Of a stretch of 64,000 nucleotides of DNA, positions 29,558-39,837 are shown one piece after another (within the stretch, counting starts at the first letter, position 1; every line of letters begins with the position of its first letter). The stretch lies in NCBI GenBank assembly GCA_008690995.1, contig VRMN01000002.1, positions 1,798,001-1,862,000 of the forward strand. Direction: 5' to 3'. The stretch is from Porphyridium purpureum (Eukaryota). The notes beneath the pieces are model-generated. The model saw only the letters and a program-made list of their open reading frames with translations, was not told where the DNA came from and made no database searches. The position numbers and the translations under genes were made by a program.

Positions 29558-30070
29558 ATGGCGTTCTCGGCGACTCCCGCTGTCTCTACTGCTGCTGCAG
29601 GAGCAGCAAGCGCGCCGCATACCGTCGTATGTTCCGTCAAACGCGAGGCCGCCGTATCGCGCCGCGCTGCTTTAGCGTCTCTGGGCGCGATCGTCGCGAT
29701 GGCAGGCGCGTCTGGCGCGCCTGCAGGCGAGGAAGAGCAGCTAAAGGTGCTTGAGGATAAAGTGGGTGATGGGCCGCAGCCAAAGCCGAACGATATGCTC
29801 AAAATGCACTACACGCTTTGGCTGAACGACTTCAACGGCAAAAAGATCGACAGTTCGCGCGACCGGGGGAAGCCGTTTCGATTCAAGCTCGGCGCTGGGC
29901 AGGTGATCAAAGGATGGGATATTGGCGTAGCGGATATGAAAGTCGGTGGGAAGCGCAGACTTGTTATTCCTCCCGCGCTTGGGTACGGAGCCAGGGACGT
30001 CGGAGGCGGATTGATCCCGCCGAACTCGACACTTTTCTTTGAGGTTGAACTGTTGGGCATCAACAAGTAG
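29558..30070 (+). CDS. FKBP-type peptidyl-prolyl isomerase, thylakoid lumen
   Basis: MAF transit start and twin-Arg SRRAAL; HYT, IDSSRDRGKPF, GQVIKGWD, IPPALGYG, IPPNSTL. Confidence 0.95.
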   Translation: MAFSATPAVSTAAAGAASAPHTVVCSVKREAAVSRRAALASLGAIVAMAGASGAPAGEEEQLKVLEDKVGDGPQPKPNDMLKMHYTLWLNDFNGKKIDSSRDRGKPFRFKLGAGQVIKGWDIGVADMKVGGKRRLVIPPALGYGARDVGGGLIPPNSTLFFEVELLGINK

Positions 30071-31024
30071 GCAACCCGTGGACTACTTTCCGCAAAGTAA
30101 ACCTGGAGTAGAGTTTTGGCGTAGACGAAGACAGCGCTCCGCATGCATCATCACAGACGTCGTCCCATTCTTCGTAGGGAAGGGCAAATTCCGCCCCTAT
30201 TTATTCCGGGAACCAAGGTGTATTCACGATCAGATGTCATCGGAGGAAGGAGAGAACAACGAGAGGCGCTCCGTGAGAGGCTATTGTACACGCAAATATG
30301 TGGCAGATTGCAGATGCGCACAAGTGGGTCGGATGAAGAGCAGCGAAGCCTGAGCCATGAAAGAGCAACGCACGTCGTGCGAAAGCGAGCATGTGCCACA
30401 TGATCTCGAGCACCAACCGTCAGGATCTCTGCGGAATGCCACAAGGACATTCTTAAGCATTTAAAACCACGAAATCGCGTGACCTCTGGCGTCGCATGGC
30501 TGCATACCTCTTCATGAAATAAAGAGACAAGTAGAAAGCTATCACTCCCTCTTCCAGCATGTCTCCGGTCTTCATAGCGCCAGAAGCTGCCACAATTCTT
30601 CCTCGCTCTGACCTACACGGCTCTAATGATTGCGCCGATACCTACTGCTCCATGACTAGGAATCGAAAAGTCATCCAACTCGCTGTGGTCATTCTCGCTC
30701 GTGCCACGGACGAAGTTGATCTCCGTCCAGACAGACAAATACCTCTTCGGTCCGACACGCAAAGACTCAATTAAACGTCGCTCCTGAGAACGAGCTTCTT
30801 TCAGCACCGAGCAGCTCTACTTAGATGCCGTTCGACACCGACTTATTCTACTGTCGTACAATCGTGCTTGCCCGGCGCGCCATACTTACTGCCGAAAGCT
30901 TGGTGGGAATCTGGCGTTGACAATCACTTTTTGGTGCGAAACATCGAAAAGGGACAGGCTGATCTACAGGACGGTTCACACGTCTGTATTTCGGAACGAG
31001 CGAGTAAGTTTCCGGTGCGGCACC

Positions 31025-31509
31025 ATGGCGGCAATCACCGCGCGCGACTTGAAAATCCAGACCGACGTCGTGCGTCGGCTGTGCAAAGAGCTCGACTCGT
31101 ACAAAAGTGAGCTTCACGCACACGAGGAAAAAGTCAAGCAGCTGAGTGCCGAGGGCGAGGACGAGGCGCGCTTGCGACAGTGGGTAAGTTTCCGTTGGCT
31201 TTCTTTTCTAGATTGTGTGGGGTTTTGTGCCAAGGGCGGAACTGAATATGTGCTTGAGCATGGATATTAACGTTGTTGGCTTTTGTTGTGCTTCATTCTC
31301 GGGATTTTCGGAGATTCTCTTGCCGCCGTTTCAATTTATAGAGTAACGTGATCGAGGAGACACGCAATATGATCCCGAGCACAGAGGCACGGCTCTCGGA
31401 GGCGGTGTCAAAACTTGAGGACACGCTGGCACTGGCACAAACGTCAAGCAGCAGCGAGATGCAGAAGCAAATTGTCGAGACGGAAAATGTCCTGGAGAGA
31501 GCCAAATAA
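31025..31509 (+). CDS. TBCA: Tubulin-binding cofactor A (2 exons)
   Basis: Exon 1 31025-31183 (LKIQTDVVRRLCKEL...RLRQW); intron 31184-31341 (GTAAGT...TATAG); exon 2 31342-31509 (SNVIEETRNMIP...RL). Confidence 0.92.
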
Positions 31510-32612
31510 GCCATGCGCATGGCAAGCACGCGAGGTTGCGGCCTTCCTGCGGAGGGTGCTGTTTACCCAAAAGAGGATTCTTGATGGGTTTGTCATGAAC
31601 AGGAACAAGATCTCGATTGGGTGTGACTAAGAGGAGTCCTAAACTGCCGCAATCTCGCGAACTCATCGGTTTCAAGCAGAAGCGGCTCCCATTGAGGGGC
31701 TGTGAAAGCCTCCATATCTATGCGAGCCACCTGTATCGTGGGAACTTTAGACCAAGTGTGTGCTCAGCTCCGTGTAGTTACACAGTGGTGCTCTCTATTC
31801 ATAATCCGTGCTCAAGACACGCCTTGCTGCTAGCGCGCTGACGGACGTTGTCTTGCTTTGACGAAAAATTATCGCGAATGGTCAATGCCTGGCAGCAATC
31901 TGCGCGCATGCGCGTGTGACCCCTGCTTGGTTCCTCAACGACCCCAACAGGGCACAGCTCCGTGACCGCCCCAGGCTCTGGGAAGTTTGTGGCCGGATAT
32001 CCTGCTGCCCCGTCCACATTTGCGCGCCAGAGTGCTACTTGTGCCAACTCGTTCCAGTGTCGTAGGCTTCTGCGCGACCGGCCGGCACGCCCACTGCCAC
32101 ATAATGGAAGCAGAATTTCGTTTCCATGCTCATTGCTGCGAAGTAGAATCTTCGAAATCAAAGTTTGGCGAATGTCGCACCCACCCACTAACCGCCACCC
32201 GCGCTTGCTGCGCTTTGAGCTACGCCGCGCCGTTTAATATGCTGCTCGTAGAAAGTGGGGATTTTCTCGAGCGACCTGCGTTTGTGGCCAACGCAGTGCC
32301 TTGCACGAGGGGTAGAATTGAAGCTGCGTGCAGACGGAACGGGGAAGGCTTCGACCGATGACGTCGCGATCATGTTGGTGCGGTTGTGCGGCGGGTTTCG
32401 GTGTGTCTCGGGCAGGTGAGGCTGGCGCATCTGGGTTTCCGGTCTGTGCCAAGGCTCTCGTGTCTGTGAGAATTGGAGAAGCATAGACACACGGGACGCG
32501 GCGTAGCCGATCTTGGCGGCTGCCAGATTCGAGCCAGCGATCCAGCACCCACACACACACACAAGGCGCCATTAACGGTGCCGGAAGAGGCCGATTTACA
32601 GAAACGACCCTT

Positions 32613-33035
32613 CTATTCGTTCTTTACACTTGGAGAGGAAGGCCGCTCTGTCGGACGGAGACTGGAACAGGATTCCAGCAGACGCACCAGCTCCAGGGTT
32701 TCGAGCACAAGTTGGTTACTGGTTCTGTTCTGGTTCTCGTCGCCGACACATCGGGGGAGACTGCCTGCGCGCGCTACAATAGAATCGTCTGTGCAGTGCG
32801 TTCCATAGAGATTCCTTGCGGTGCGCTCTTTCAGAAGCGTGTGCTCGTGACGCGCCTCGCTTCTGGACCGCTTCCGCATAATACTTTGTCTAATCAACTG
32901 CTCGCGCTTGCTCGACGACAGGCTCCACTCTGCGCGCACACGCGGGCGACCCCTGCTCGGCGGCAGCACCGCGCCTGTGGTGCAGATCTCCATGCTTCCC
33001 TCGGAATCTGGCACAGAACTTTCACTGACCTCCAT
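32613..33035 (-). CDS. Hypothetical protein
   Basis: 140-aa ATG ORF preceded by a purine-rich leader like other genes here; no motif recognised. Confidence 0.35.
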   Translation of the reverse strand: MEVSESSVPDSEGSMEICTTGAVLPPSRGRPRVRAEWSLSSSKREQLIRQSIMRKRSRSEARHEHTLLKERTARNLYGTHCTDDSIVARAGSLPRCVGDENQNRTSNQLVLETLELVRLLESCSSLRPTERPSSPSVKNE

Positions 33036-34268
33036 CCAAACTGTATCCTATTCCTTTTCCCCTTCCAATCCGCGGCGCACGTTTGCTGTGTTCCTTCTTC
33101 TTTCGTGCCAACCTGCGTGCGAGTCGCAGCCCTACTTCTCCACCACACCTGATCATATACCGCTCCACACCGATCCGGCGACCATGAACATGGGCAGCCT
33201 CACCGGGCATCTAATTACACGGGCTCTAATGCAGCGCAAAAAGCAGCCGCGTCATGCGCGGGCACGTTAAGATCTCGCCCGCATTCTCGCACAGAGGCGA
33301 GTTGCATGTGCGCACCGCCACGTCCCCTAGCCGTAGAAACGCGCCGCCTGAGCTCAACGGCTGTACCCCTGTGAGCATGTGCACCAAACCGTAGGGTACA
33401 GCACACGCATCGAGCACCGAGGTGTAACCGCTTTGAACCATTGTCCCGCGATGTAAGCGCCAGGCGGAGCGATTCATGTTTGACGCGGGACAGAAGCACA
33501 CGGCACCCACCGCAATCTCGGCGCCTCAATGTGAGCGGCGCGTTTCGACGTGCGACTCACACACACACCGTCAATCCCGTTCTCGCCAAACCTCGTGCAC
33601 GTAGCTCGTCGCTCCGCTTTGCGTCTTGCCGCTTTGCCGGCGCCGTGCGATCTCTGCACAGGCACGAGAAACCATGCACAGCCTGACCATGTGCGGAAAT
33701 GCGCGCAAGCACCTGCCTCTCCAGGCATATGCGGGTCCGAATATGATCTGCGTAGAGTGGTGATGGAGCCCGCTGATTTGCTAAAGCAGACGCAGGAGGC
33801 CATCAAGGCAAACGAGTATCATGCTGCTCGCATGTGCGCGAGCTGAAAATGTCGCCTGGCACTTCATCCAGTGCTGCAGGCAGCCACGCCCGGCAAACAG
33901 TATCATGTATGCCACAGTTGTCCACGCTGCCATTAGCAGAAGGCCGCATGCGCGTCGCAATTGCTCGCGGCGGACAAGGGACAAATTCTGCCAGACTAGC
34001 CAGTCTTCTCGTGTCTTCAGGAACTATCTGCACCAGTGGAAACAAAGAGCACATACCGTCATGGTCTTTTAATCGTATCCGAGGACACGAATTATGTACT
34101 CGAGCTCGAGCAAGACGAGTCCAAACGCGGGGCGTTGTGTGAGCCTCTGTGAATTTTAAATGTCTCGAAGATTTTTCCAGTTTCTCGTGCATTGGAAAAT
34201 GAACGATGCTTTCTATCCGACCGCGGTTCACGCATTGAAGCATTCGATTGTTTACGCTTCTTCAAGCA

Positions 34269-34670
34269 TCAGCCTTGAGACTTCGGTGCCACCAGTACCG
34301 AAACAAAGATGGCAAAGAAAGCGACCCCAAAAAGGAAATCGCCGGCGCCGTATGTGTTGTAGAACAGCTTGGCGAGTGGGTCTCTGTTCACGAGCGGCGC
34401 CCAGGTTGCTTTGGATCGAAAAGACCTGATCCAGTGCACGAAGTATACGCATTTTTCCAGCGCAAAGACGAGAAAAAGGAATGGTACGTCACGAAAGTTC
34501 CACGCCACCGATAGGTAGGCCGCTCCCCACGCTAGAACAAGCAGGCATCCTTTCCTATCAAACAGAGGGTCGACGCTAAGAACTACGTCGTTCGTAAGCC
34601 CGGAAGTCACAAAGAGAAGACTAAAGTTAAGTGACGATGCGAGAAGTGTTATAATCGTCTGCCAATCCAT
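34269..34670 (-). CDS. Small 4-TM membrane protein resembling an uncharacterised marine bacterial family
   Basis: Four hydrophobic helices; WGAAYLSVA, VFALEK, FYNTYGAGD. Confidence 0.7.
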   Translation of the reverse strand: MDWQTIITLLASSLNFSLLFVTSGLTNDVVLSVDPLFDRKGCLLVLAWGAAYLSVAWNFRDVPFLFLVFALEKCVYFVHWIRSFRSKATWAPLVNRDPLAKLFYNTYGAGDFLFGVAFFAIFVSVLVAPKSQG

Positions 34671-34889
34671 CACTGGTGCAAGTTGGCCCCTCCGCGCTGA
34701 GATGTCGAGAAGCTTCCGCTAAAAGTTCCAGTTATCGTTCTCTCAACTCGTCCGCGTTAAATCGCTGAATGGCCTCCTCCACATCCGGTAGGCCCATTCC
34801 TTCGGATCAACGGGCTTCTGATCTCGCAACGGTCCTGCTCAATTCTGAGGCAAATTTCGAGTCAGCCAAGAACGTTTCCGCAAAAGCTT

Positions 34890-35996
34890 ATGGCGTATGG
34901 ATGGCTCGATGGCGGCGCGCTCGCGGTAGCAGCCTTGATTCTGCAGAGTCTCGCGTACTGTGCAGTCCTCAGGAGCGGCTATAGCAAAGGCCCATGTCTG
35001 GTGGTATGGGCACTGATCAGCGCATGTGGCATACCGCTTCCTCTTGCGATCTTTGATCCAGAGACGCACATAGCTGGTGTTGCTTCAGTGACGGCCGTCG
35101 CTTGCTGGTGGCTTCCGCTTCGTACTTTCGGCGCGGTGTTCGGATATGGGCCGGCGTTTCATGTGATTCATACGAGAGACAAAAACGAGCACGAGATCAA
35201 GTTCTTCGTTCGCTTCGTCCTCGTGCTGATCCTGCCTGTGAACTTCCAGATTGAGCGCAGACATCTGAATGATAAGCTCACGCAGATTCAGTCGCCTTGG
35301 TTTTACTTGAGACAGGCCGTAACGATGCTCCCTTTGGGTACGTATTGCATTCTTGCCTCATCCAAGCTCGAAGATCCTATTTATCCTCCGGTCCTTTTGA
35401 AGATATGTTACGCGCTCATTGTTTTCAGTGCCGCTACTTTCATGTTCGATACCTGTGCGATCGCGTCCATTCTGCTCGCTGGTTTGCCATGCGGCCGCAA
35501 CTTTGACAAGCCTTGGCTCGCGGTATCTTTGCAAGACTTCTGGTCACGGCGATGGAACTTGATGGCAAGTAATAATCTAAGAGACGGTGTATATCTTCCT
35601 TTGATGTCCTTCCTGGTACCGTCTTCGAGTCAGGACAAGAGTTTTGCGATTGCTCAAAAGAGGAAATACGAGCTCGCGCAAGCCGCTGCGGTATTCATGT
35701 CCTTCTTAGCTTCCGGCATGTTTCACGAATTGATCATATACAACATGACGGGCGAAATCCGGGGCGAGTGGCTCCTGTACTTTCCACTACAGGGCATTGC
35801 ATGTCTTTGCGAATACACATTGGCACGCACGTTTCCAGCGCAAGTGGCGAAAATCCCGCTTGCCGTGCGGTGGCTTATAACCATGGGCTTCTTAGTAGCC
35901 ACTTGCGATCTCTTTTATCGCCCCATTCTGCGAGGACATATCAGAGAGCGGTGCTTCGATAACATGCTGCAATGGACGAAACTTCTAACTAGTTGA
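34890..35996 (+). CDS. MBOAT wax-synthase-type O-acyltransferase
   Basis: FDKPWLAVSLQDFWSRRWNL and SFLASGMFHELI (catalytic His); multiple TM segments. Confidence 0.92.
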   Translation: MAYGWLDGGALAVAALILQSLAYCAVLRSGYSKGPCLVVWALISACGIPLPLAIFDPETHIAGVASVTAVACWWLPLRTFGAVFGYGPAFHVIHTRDKNEHEIKFFVRFVLVLILPVNFQIERRHLNDKLTQIQSPWFYLRQAVTMLPLGTYCILASSKLEDPIYPPVLLKICYALIVFSAATFMFDTCAIASILLAGLPCGRNFDKPWLAVSLQDFWSRRWNLMASNNLRDGVYLPLMSFLVPSSSQDKSFAIAQKRKYELAQAAAVFMSFLASGMFHELIIYNMTGEIRGEWLLYFPLQGIACLCEYTLARTFPAQVAKIPLAVRWLITMGFLVATCDLFYRPILRGHIRERCFDNMLQWTKLLTS

Positions 35997-36007
35997 AACG
36001 TTTATCC

Positions 36008-37333
36008 TTAAACAAGACGTTTACCGTCCTCGTCAAACCCGGCCGGCGGAGTTCCTTTCACCCAAGGCGCTTCGGTTCCCGAAAGCTCTGCCTGCACTTC
36101 CATTTCTTCGAGATCAAAAACCGACACCGAGCGGCGATGGAAAGCGTCGTCCTGGATGTCTCGGAGGGTCTTGTCCTCGAGGTTGAATAGCTTCTTGGCC
36201 ACATCCTCAGCTTCGGCTCCCAGGCTTGACAGCTTCTGCACAAATGCTTCGTCCACATTTCCAAATTCTTCGATCAACTTGCGAAGCGCACGTACAAAAA
36301 GCTTTCCGTCAATTGACGTGCCCGCAGACTCGGTATCTTGACTAATAGCAATCTTCTTCTTCTTCTGCAGAGCGCGGCGCAGCATATTTTGCCTAGCTGT
36401 AGGATCTTCCGTTCGCAGCAGTCGGCGAATAAGTGCCACCTCGGGAGTCAATGCTTGGTCACGAAGCTCTTCGGCACGGTTTTGCAACATTTTGAGCACA
36501 CGCGCCGCATTTTCGTTGCCTGCTTGCTGCGCCTGCTGCAAGTTACCAGCCAGAAGAAGCACAAATGCCTCGTCGACTTCGCCGGCGGAAGAGAGTGTCT
36601 CAAGCGTCTGAAACATGTTATCCGGTGACCCGGCCGTTAAACAGTCCCGCAGGCGCAATGACGCTCGCTCCATGCGATTCCTCATCGCCATCTGAATGGC
36701 CTCGGCCACTTTGATGGCCTCAGCGTCATTCGTCTCTGTCTTCTCTTCAAGTAGTTCCAAAAATTGCATATCAAAAGTGTCGTACAGTTGCGCCACGGCA
36801 GTATCGACCGAATTCTCGGCCTTTGCAATCTCGACCAAGTCCTGGTACTGCTGTTCATATCGCTCCATAATACGGCGCTTCTGCTCCTGTCTCACCTCCT
36901 CCATACTCAATCCTTTGAGAATCTCAGGCGGGATCGCCTTGGACATTTGCTTGATGACGTCATTGATTGCGTCCAGCAAGATGCGGAGCGTCTCGCGCTC
37001 CTCCAAGTCACCCGAGTCTGCGATTTTCTTCTGCACAAAGTTGTAGAAGTCCTCGTCCAGCGAGTTGATGTTATCTTGCACAATTTTCGGAAGAAGGTCT
37101 GGATCAGAGAAGCACATTTCTGCGAGCAGCAATTCGTTCCGATCCGCCGGCTTGATGTCCTTTGCAGAACCAGTACCGCGACCAACGTCCATCTGCATGC
37201 TAATCAAACCCAAGCGCCGCCGCACCCTACTTCCAGCGGCCGCAAGGACGGGAGTGAGCCTACTGGCTGCGCAAGCACGAGCGCCATGCACCGATACCGG
37301 CAAATGCGGCGCGAAACCTACAAACAGCATCAT
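36008..37333 (-). CDS. Uncharacterised helical protein, probably plastid-targeted
   Basis: Long ORF with MMLFVGF transit-like N-terminus; acidic, helical repeats (LDEDFY, FDMQFL, VDEAFV). Confidence 0.8.
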   Translation of the reverse strand: MMLFVGFAPHLPVSVHGARACAASRLTPVLAAAGSRVRRRLGLISMQMDVGRGTGSAKDIKPADRNELLLAEMCFSDPDLLPKIVQDNINSLDEDFYNFVQKKIADSGDLEERETLRILLDAINDVIKQMSKAIPPEILKGLSMEEVRQEQKRRIMERYEQQYQDLVEIAKAENSVDTAVAQLYDTFDMQFLELLEEKTETNDAEAIKVAEAIQMAMRNRMERASLRLRDCLTAGSPDNMFQTLETLSSAGEVDEAFVLLLAGNLQQAQQAGNENAARVLKMLQNRAEELRDQALTPEVALIRRLLRTEDPTARQNMLRRALQKKKKIAISQDTESAGTSIDGKLFVRALRKLIEEFGNVDEAFVQKLSSLGAEAEDVAKKLFNLEDKTLRDIQDDAFHRRSVSVFDLEEMEVQAELSGTEAPWVKGTPPAGFDEDGKRLV

Positions 37334-38375
37334 CGTGCACCACTCTTCTTTTTCCTCACTTGCATCCACTGCCACAATCCCCGGCCGTTCGACTTATTGC
37401 TTGGGCCGTCAGTTGCTTGACTTTTGCGGTCGCGGAGCAACTTCCGTCCGTCCGGCAGGAAGACCTCTCACACACTTTTCCTCCTCCTCTCTCGCCGTCC
37501 GCGGCCGAATGCCTCGAAAACGCGGAGATACAGACGCTCAAGTGTTATAAAATCAAATTAATTAACAAACATCCTTCAGTAAAAAGGAGGCTATTCTACT
37601 GGACATAAAATTAAATAATTCGGAGCATGCTGTGTCGGACCGACGTCCGTCCGTCTGTCCCGGCGCTTGAAGGCGCGCGCTGGGGAACAGCAGGCCATGG
37701 AGCGTGCAGCGTTGTTGGCAGACATGGACAGAGCAGTGCGTGCCACTTTATGTCATGCGTTCATGAGAGCAAGATGCGCTGTCGAGCGCCAGACCTGATT
37801 CAATGTCTTTTGGGGCATTGTTTGCAGCGAAGGAGAGCAGGCGAATGCTGGCGGTATTGAACGCGAGGACAAAACGACTTGGAGCGCTCGTCATGCGGAG
37901 ATGAGCAGGGTGCCGAGGCTTCTGCGTATAGAGTCAGCGGCATGACGAGATGGAGTCAATCGAACATGGCAACGCGTTGAAGCCTGCAGTGGCATTGGGT
38001 GATGACAATCGCTGACTGCTCTAGTCACTGAACACGCACTGTACTTTCTCGTCGGGGTTTCGGGCGTTCGAGTTGCGGGACGGAGGGCGGAAGATTGGAA
38101 TGGGCTTGATCGACGGCGCGTGTGTCGGAGGAGACTGATGGCGTTGTTTGCCAAGATCTTTCGCCATGAGATCTGCTCATTACATGCTACTGCGTAGATC
38201 TTACATCGCTGGTAGAAGTGCCCTTTGCTCTGCAGCGCTTGGACGCTTGGGTCCAGGGCGTCAGAACTGCATCTTCGGATCAACTGACCCCGACAAGCTG
38301 GACAAAGTGTGCGGAGCTAAAGCATGGATCGGGTCTACATTTACACGGTATGCTACACTTTCGCCTACCAGGATC

Positions 38376-39698
38376 ATGGACGATGATGAGACTGCCACAG
38401 AAACCCGTCTTGGAGTGGGGGAAATCGTTCCCAGAATGAAGGCCGGAGCGGTGCTGCAGAATCTTGGTGTGTCTCGTGTGATAGGAGGTGGAGAGCAATT
38501 GCAGTTCACGTTTCAGTCAGTGCGGAAAAAGTCGAAAAACGGAATATATCAGACCTTTCGCGCCTTTGTGCCAATCTGTGACAATATAATTGTAGATATC
38601 CGGACAGCGGGAAAGGCGCATTCTGCCTTGGTGAAAATTGAGTTTTGGTCCGACACCGGCATGAGAACTACATTCGCTAATTGGCTTGAACTGGTGCGGA
38701 AGTCCAAGTTGCAGGGCATCATTGAATCAAAAGGCCTCAAATACTTCGCTGGAAGCTTATTGAGCCAAGGCCATAAGTCGGGCCGAGGCCGAGGCAGAGG
38801 CCGAGGCAGAGGCAAGAAAGTGTATACGCCACGGATAGCGCCGATAGAAAAGCCTCCAGGGTACGTACATCGGAAGTACACTTTCGACGAGACAGAGGTC
38901 AAAAAACGCCGGCGTAATCAGCCGGAACCCCCCAAACTTGTCTGTCCTTCATTCGGGCTCTCCGTGGACCTGTTCTCAACAGTGTGTGAGAAGGATCCTC
39001 GCTTTGTTGCCGATCAAAAGGTTGACTTGTCTCCACAAGCTTTTGGTAGCCTCTATCACGTCATTCCAGAGAGACCAAAGATTCTTGACTTTTCAGCAAT
39101 GTCATCGGATGAAGATTGGGGCGGGGATGTCGAGGATGCAGACACTGTAGAAAGCCCAAAGCACAGCGACGTGTTTTCGTACGAAAACTGGGATGATGAC
39201 GAGGAAGCGTCGACTATGCGTATAGCTGCAAGTGTCGACGGGCAATCCGGAGGAGCGGTACTGGATGACGATCAGGCTGAGAATGAGTATCGTGACGCAC
39301 TACTCAGTGAAGATGCGGACGGCCAAGATCGCGAGGAGTTGTCGACAGAAGATGGCTTGGATTGGGATGAAGGTGAGGACCTCTGGGGAGATACAGAGGC
39401 CACGGACGTTCGTGACGGTGATAGCGACAACGAAACCGACAGCGATAGTGACAGCGACAGCGACAGCGATAGCGAAACTGAAAACGACAGTGTCAGCGAC
39501 AAAGACAGCGATAGCGAAACGGACACCGACAATGCCAGCGATAACGACAGCGACGACGACAATGTCAGCGACAAAGACAGCGATAGCGAAACAGACACCG
39601 ACACTGCCAGCGATAACGAGAGCGACGACGACCACGGCGACGAGAATGAGGACGAGGAGGACGAGGAGGACGAGGAGGAAGCGGATAAACGGAATTAA
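38376..39698 (+). CDS. Hypothetical nuclear-like protein with an RG tract and a very acidic Asp/Ser tail
   Basis: Long ORF (38148..39698), ATG 38376 chosen; GRGRGRGRGRG, KKRRR, DSDSDS tail. Confidence 0.7.
   Translation: MDDDETATETRLGVGEIVPRMKAGAVLQNLGVSRVIGGGEQLQFTFQSVRKKSKNGIYQTFRAFVPICDNIIVDIRTAGKAHSALVKIEFWSDTGMRTTFANWLELVRKSKLQGIIESKGLKYFAGSLLSQGHKSGRGRGRGRGRGKKVYTPRIAPIEKPPGYVHRKYTFDETEVKKRRRNQPEPPKLVCPSFGLSVDLFSTVCEKDPRFVADQKVDLSPQAFGSLYHVIPERPKILDFSAMSSDEDWGGDVEDADTVESPKHSDVFSYENWDDDEEASTMRIAASVDGQSGGAVLDDDQAENEYRDALLSEDADGQDREELSTEDGLDWDEGEDLWGDTEATDVRDGDSDNETDSDSDSDSDSDSETENDSVSDKDSDSETDTDNASDNDSDDDNVSDKDSDSETDTDTASDNESDDDHGDENEDEEDEEDEEEADKRN
39491..39632 (+). repeat. 72-bp tandem duplication within the acidic tail
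   Basis: tgtcagcgacaaagacagcgatagcgaaac... starts at 39491 and again at 39563 with few mismatches. Confidence 0.9.
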
Positions 39699-39837
39699 TC
39701 GCGCGCCCACGGTCACTAAAGCCACGCCCGCAAGAACCCACTAAACCTGTACTTCTACTAAACTGCTTGATGTTCGTCCATAGCTGTGCCCAAACGCATG
39801 TGAGGACGAGCGGGAACGCAAAGCTGAGCGCGAAGAG

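Noticed and set aside
33763..33936. Short ORF with an in-frame TGA giving a CxxU-like motif (RMCAS*KC), a possible selenoprotein
   Set aside because: Read-through gives only 57 aa with no thioredoxin-fold context. The downstream hairpin near 34199-34250 lacks the apical AA and a clean SECIS core.
39420..39690. Regular repeats resembling an array
   Set aside because: Explained by Asp/Ser/Glu codons in a CDS; no repeat-spacer structure.
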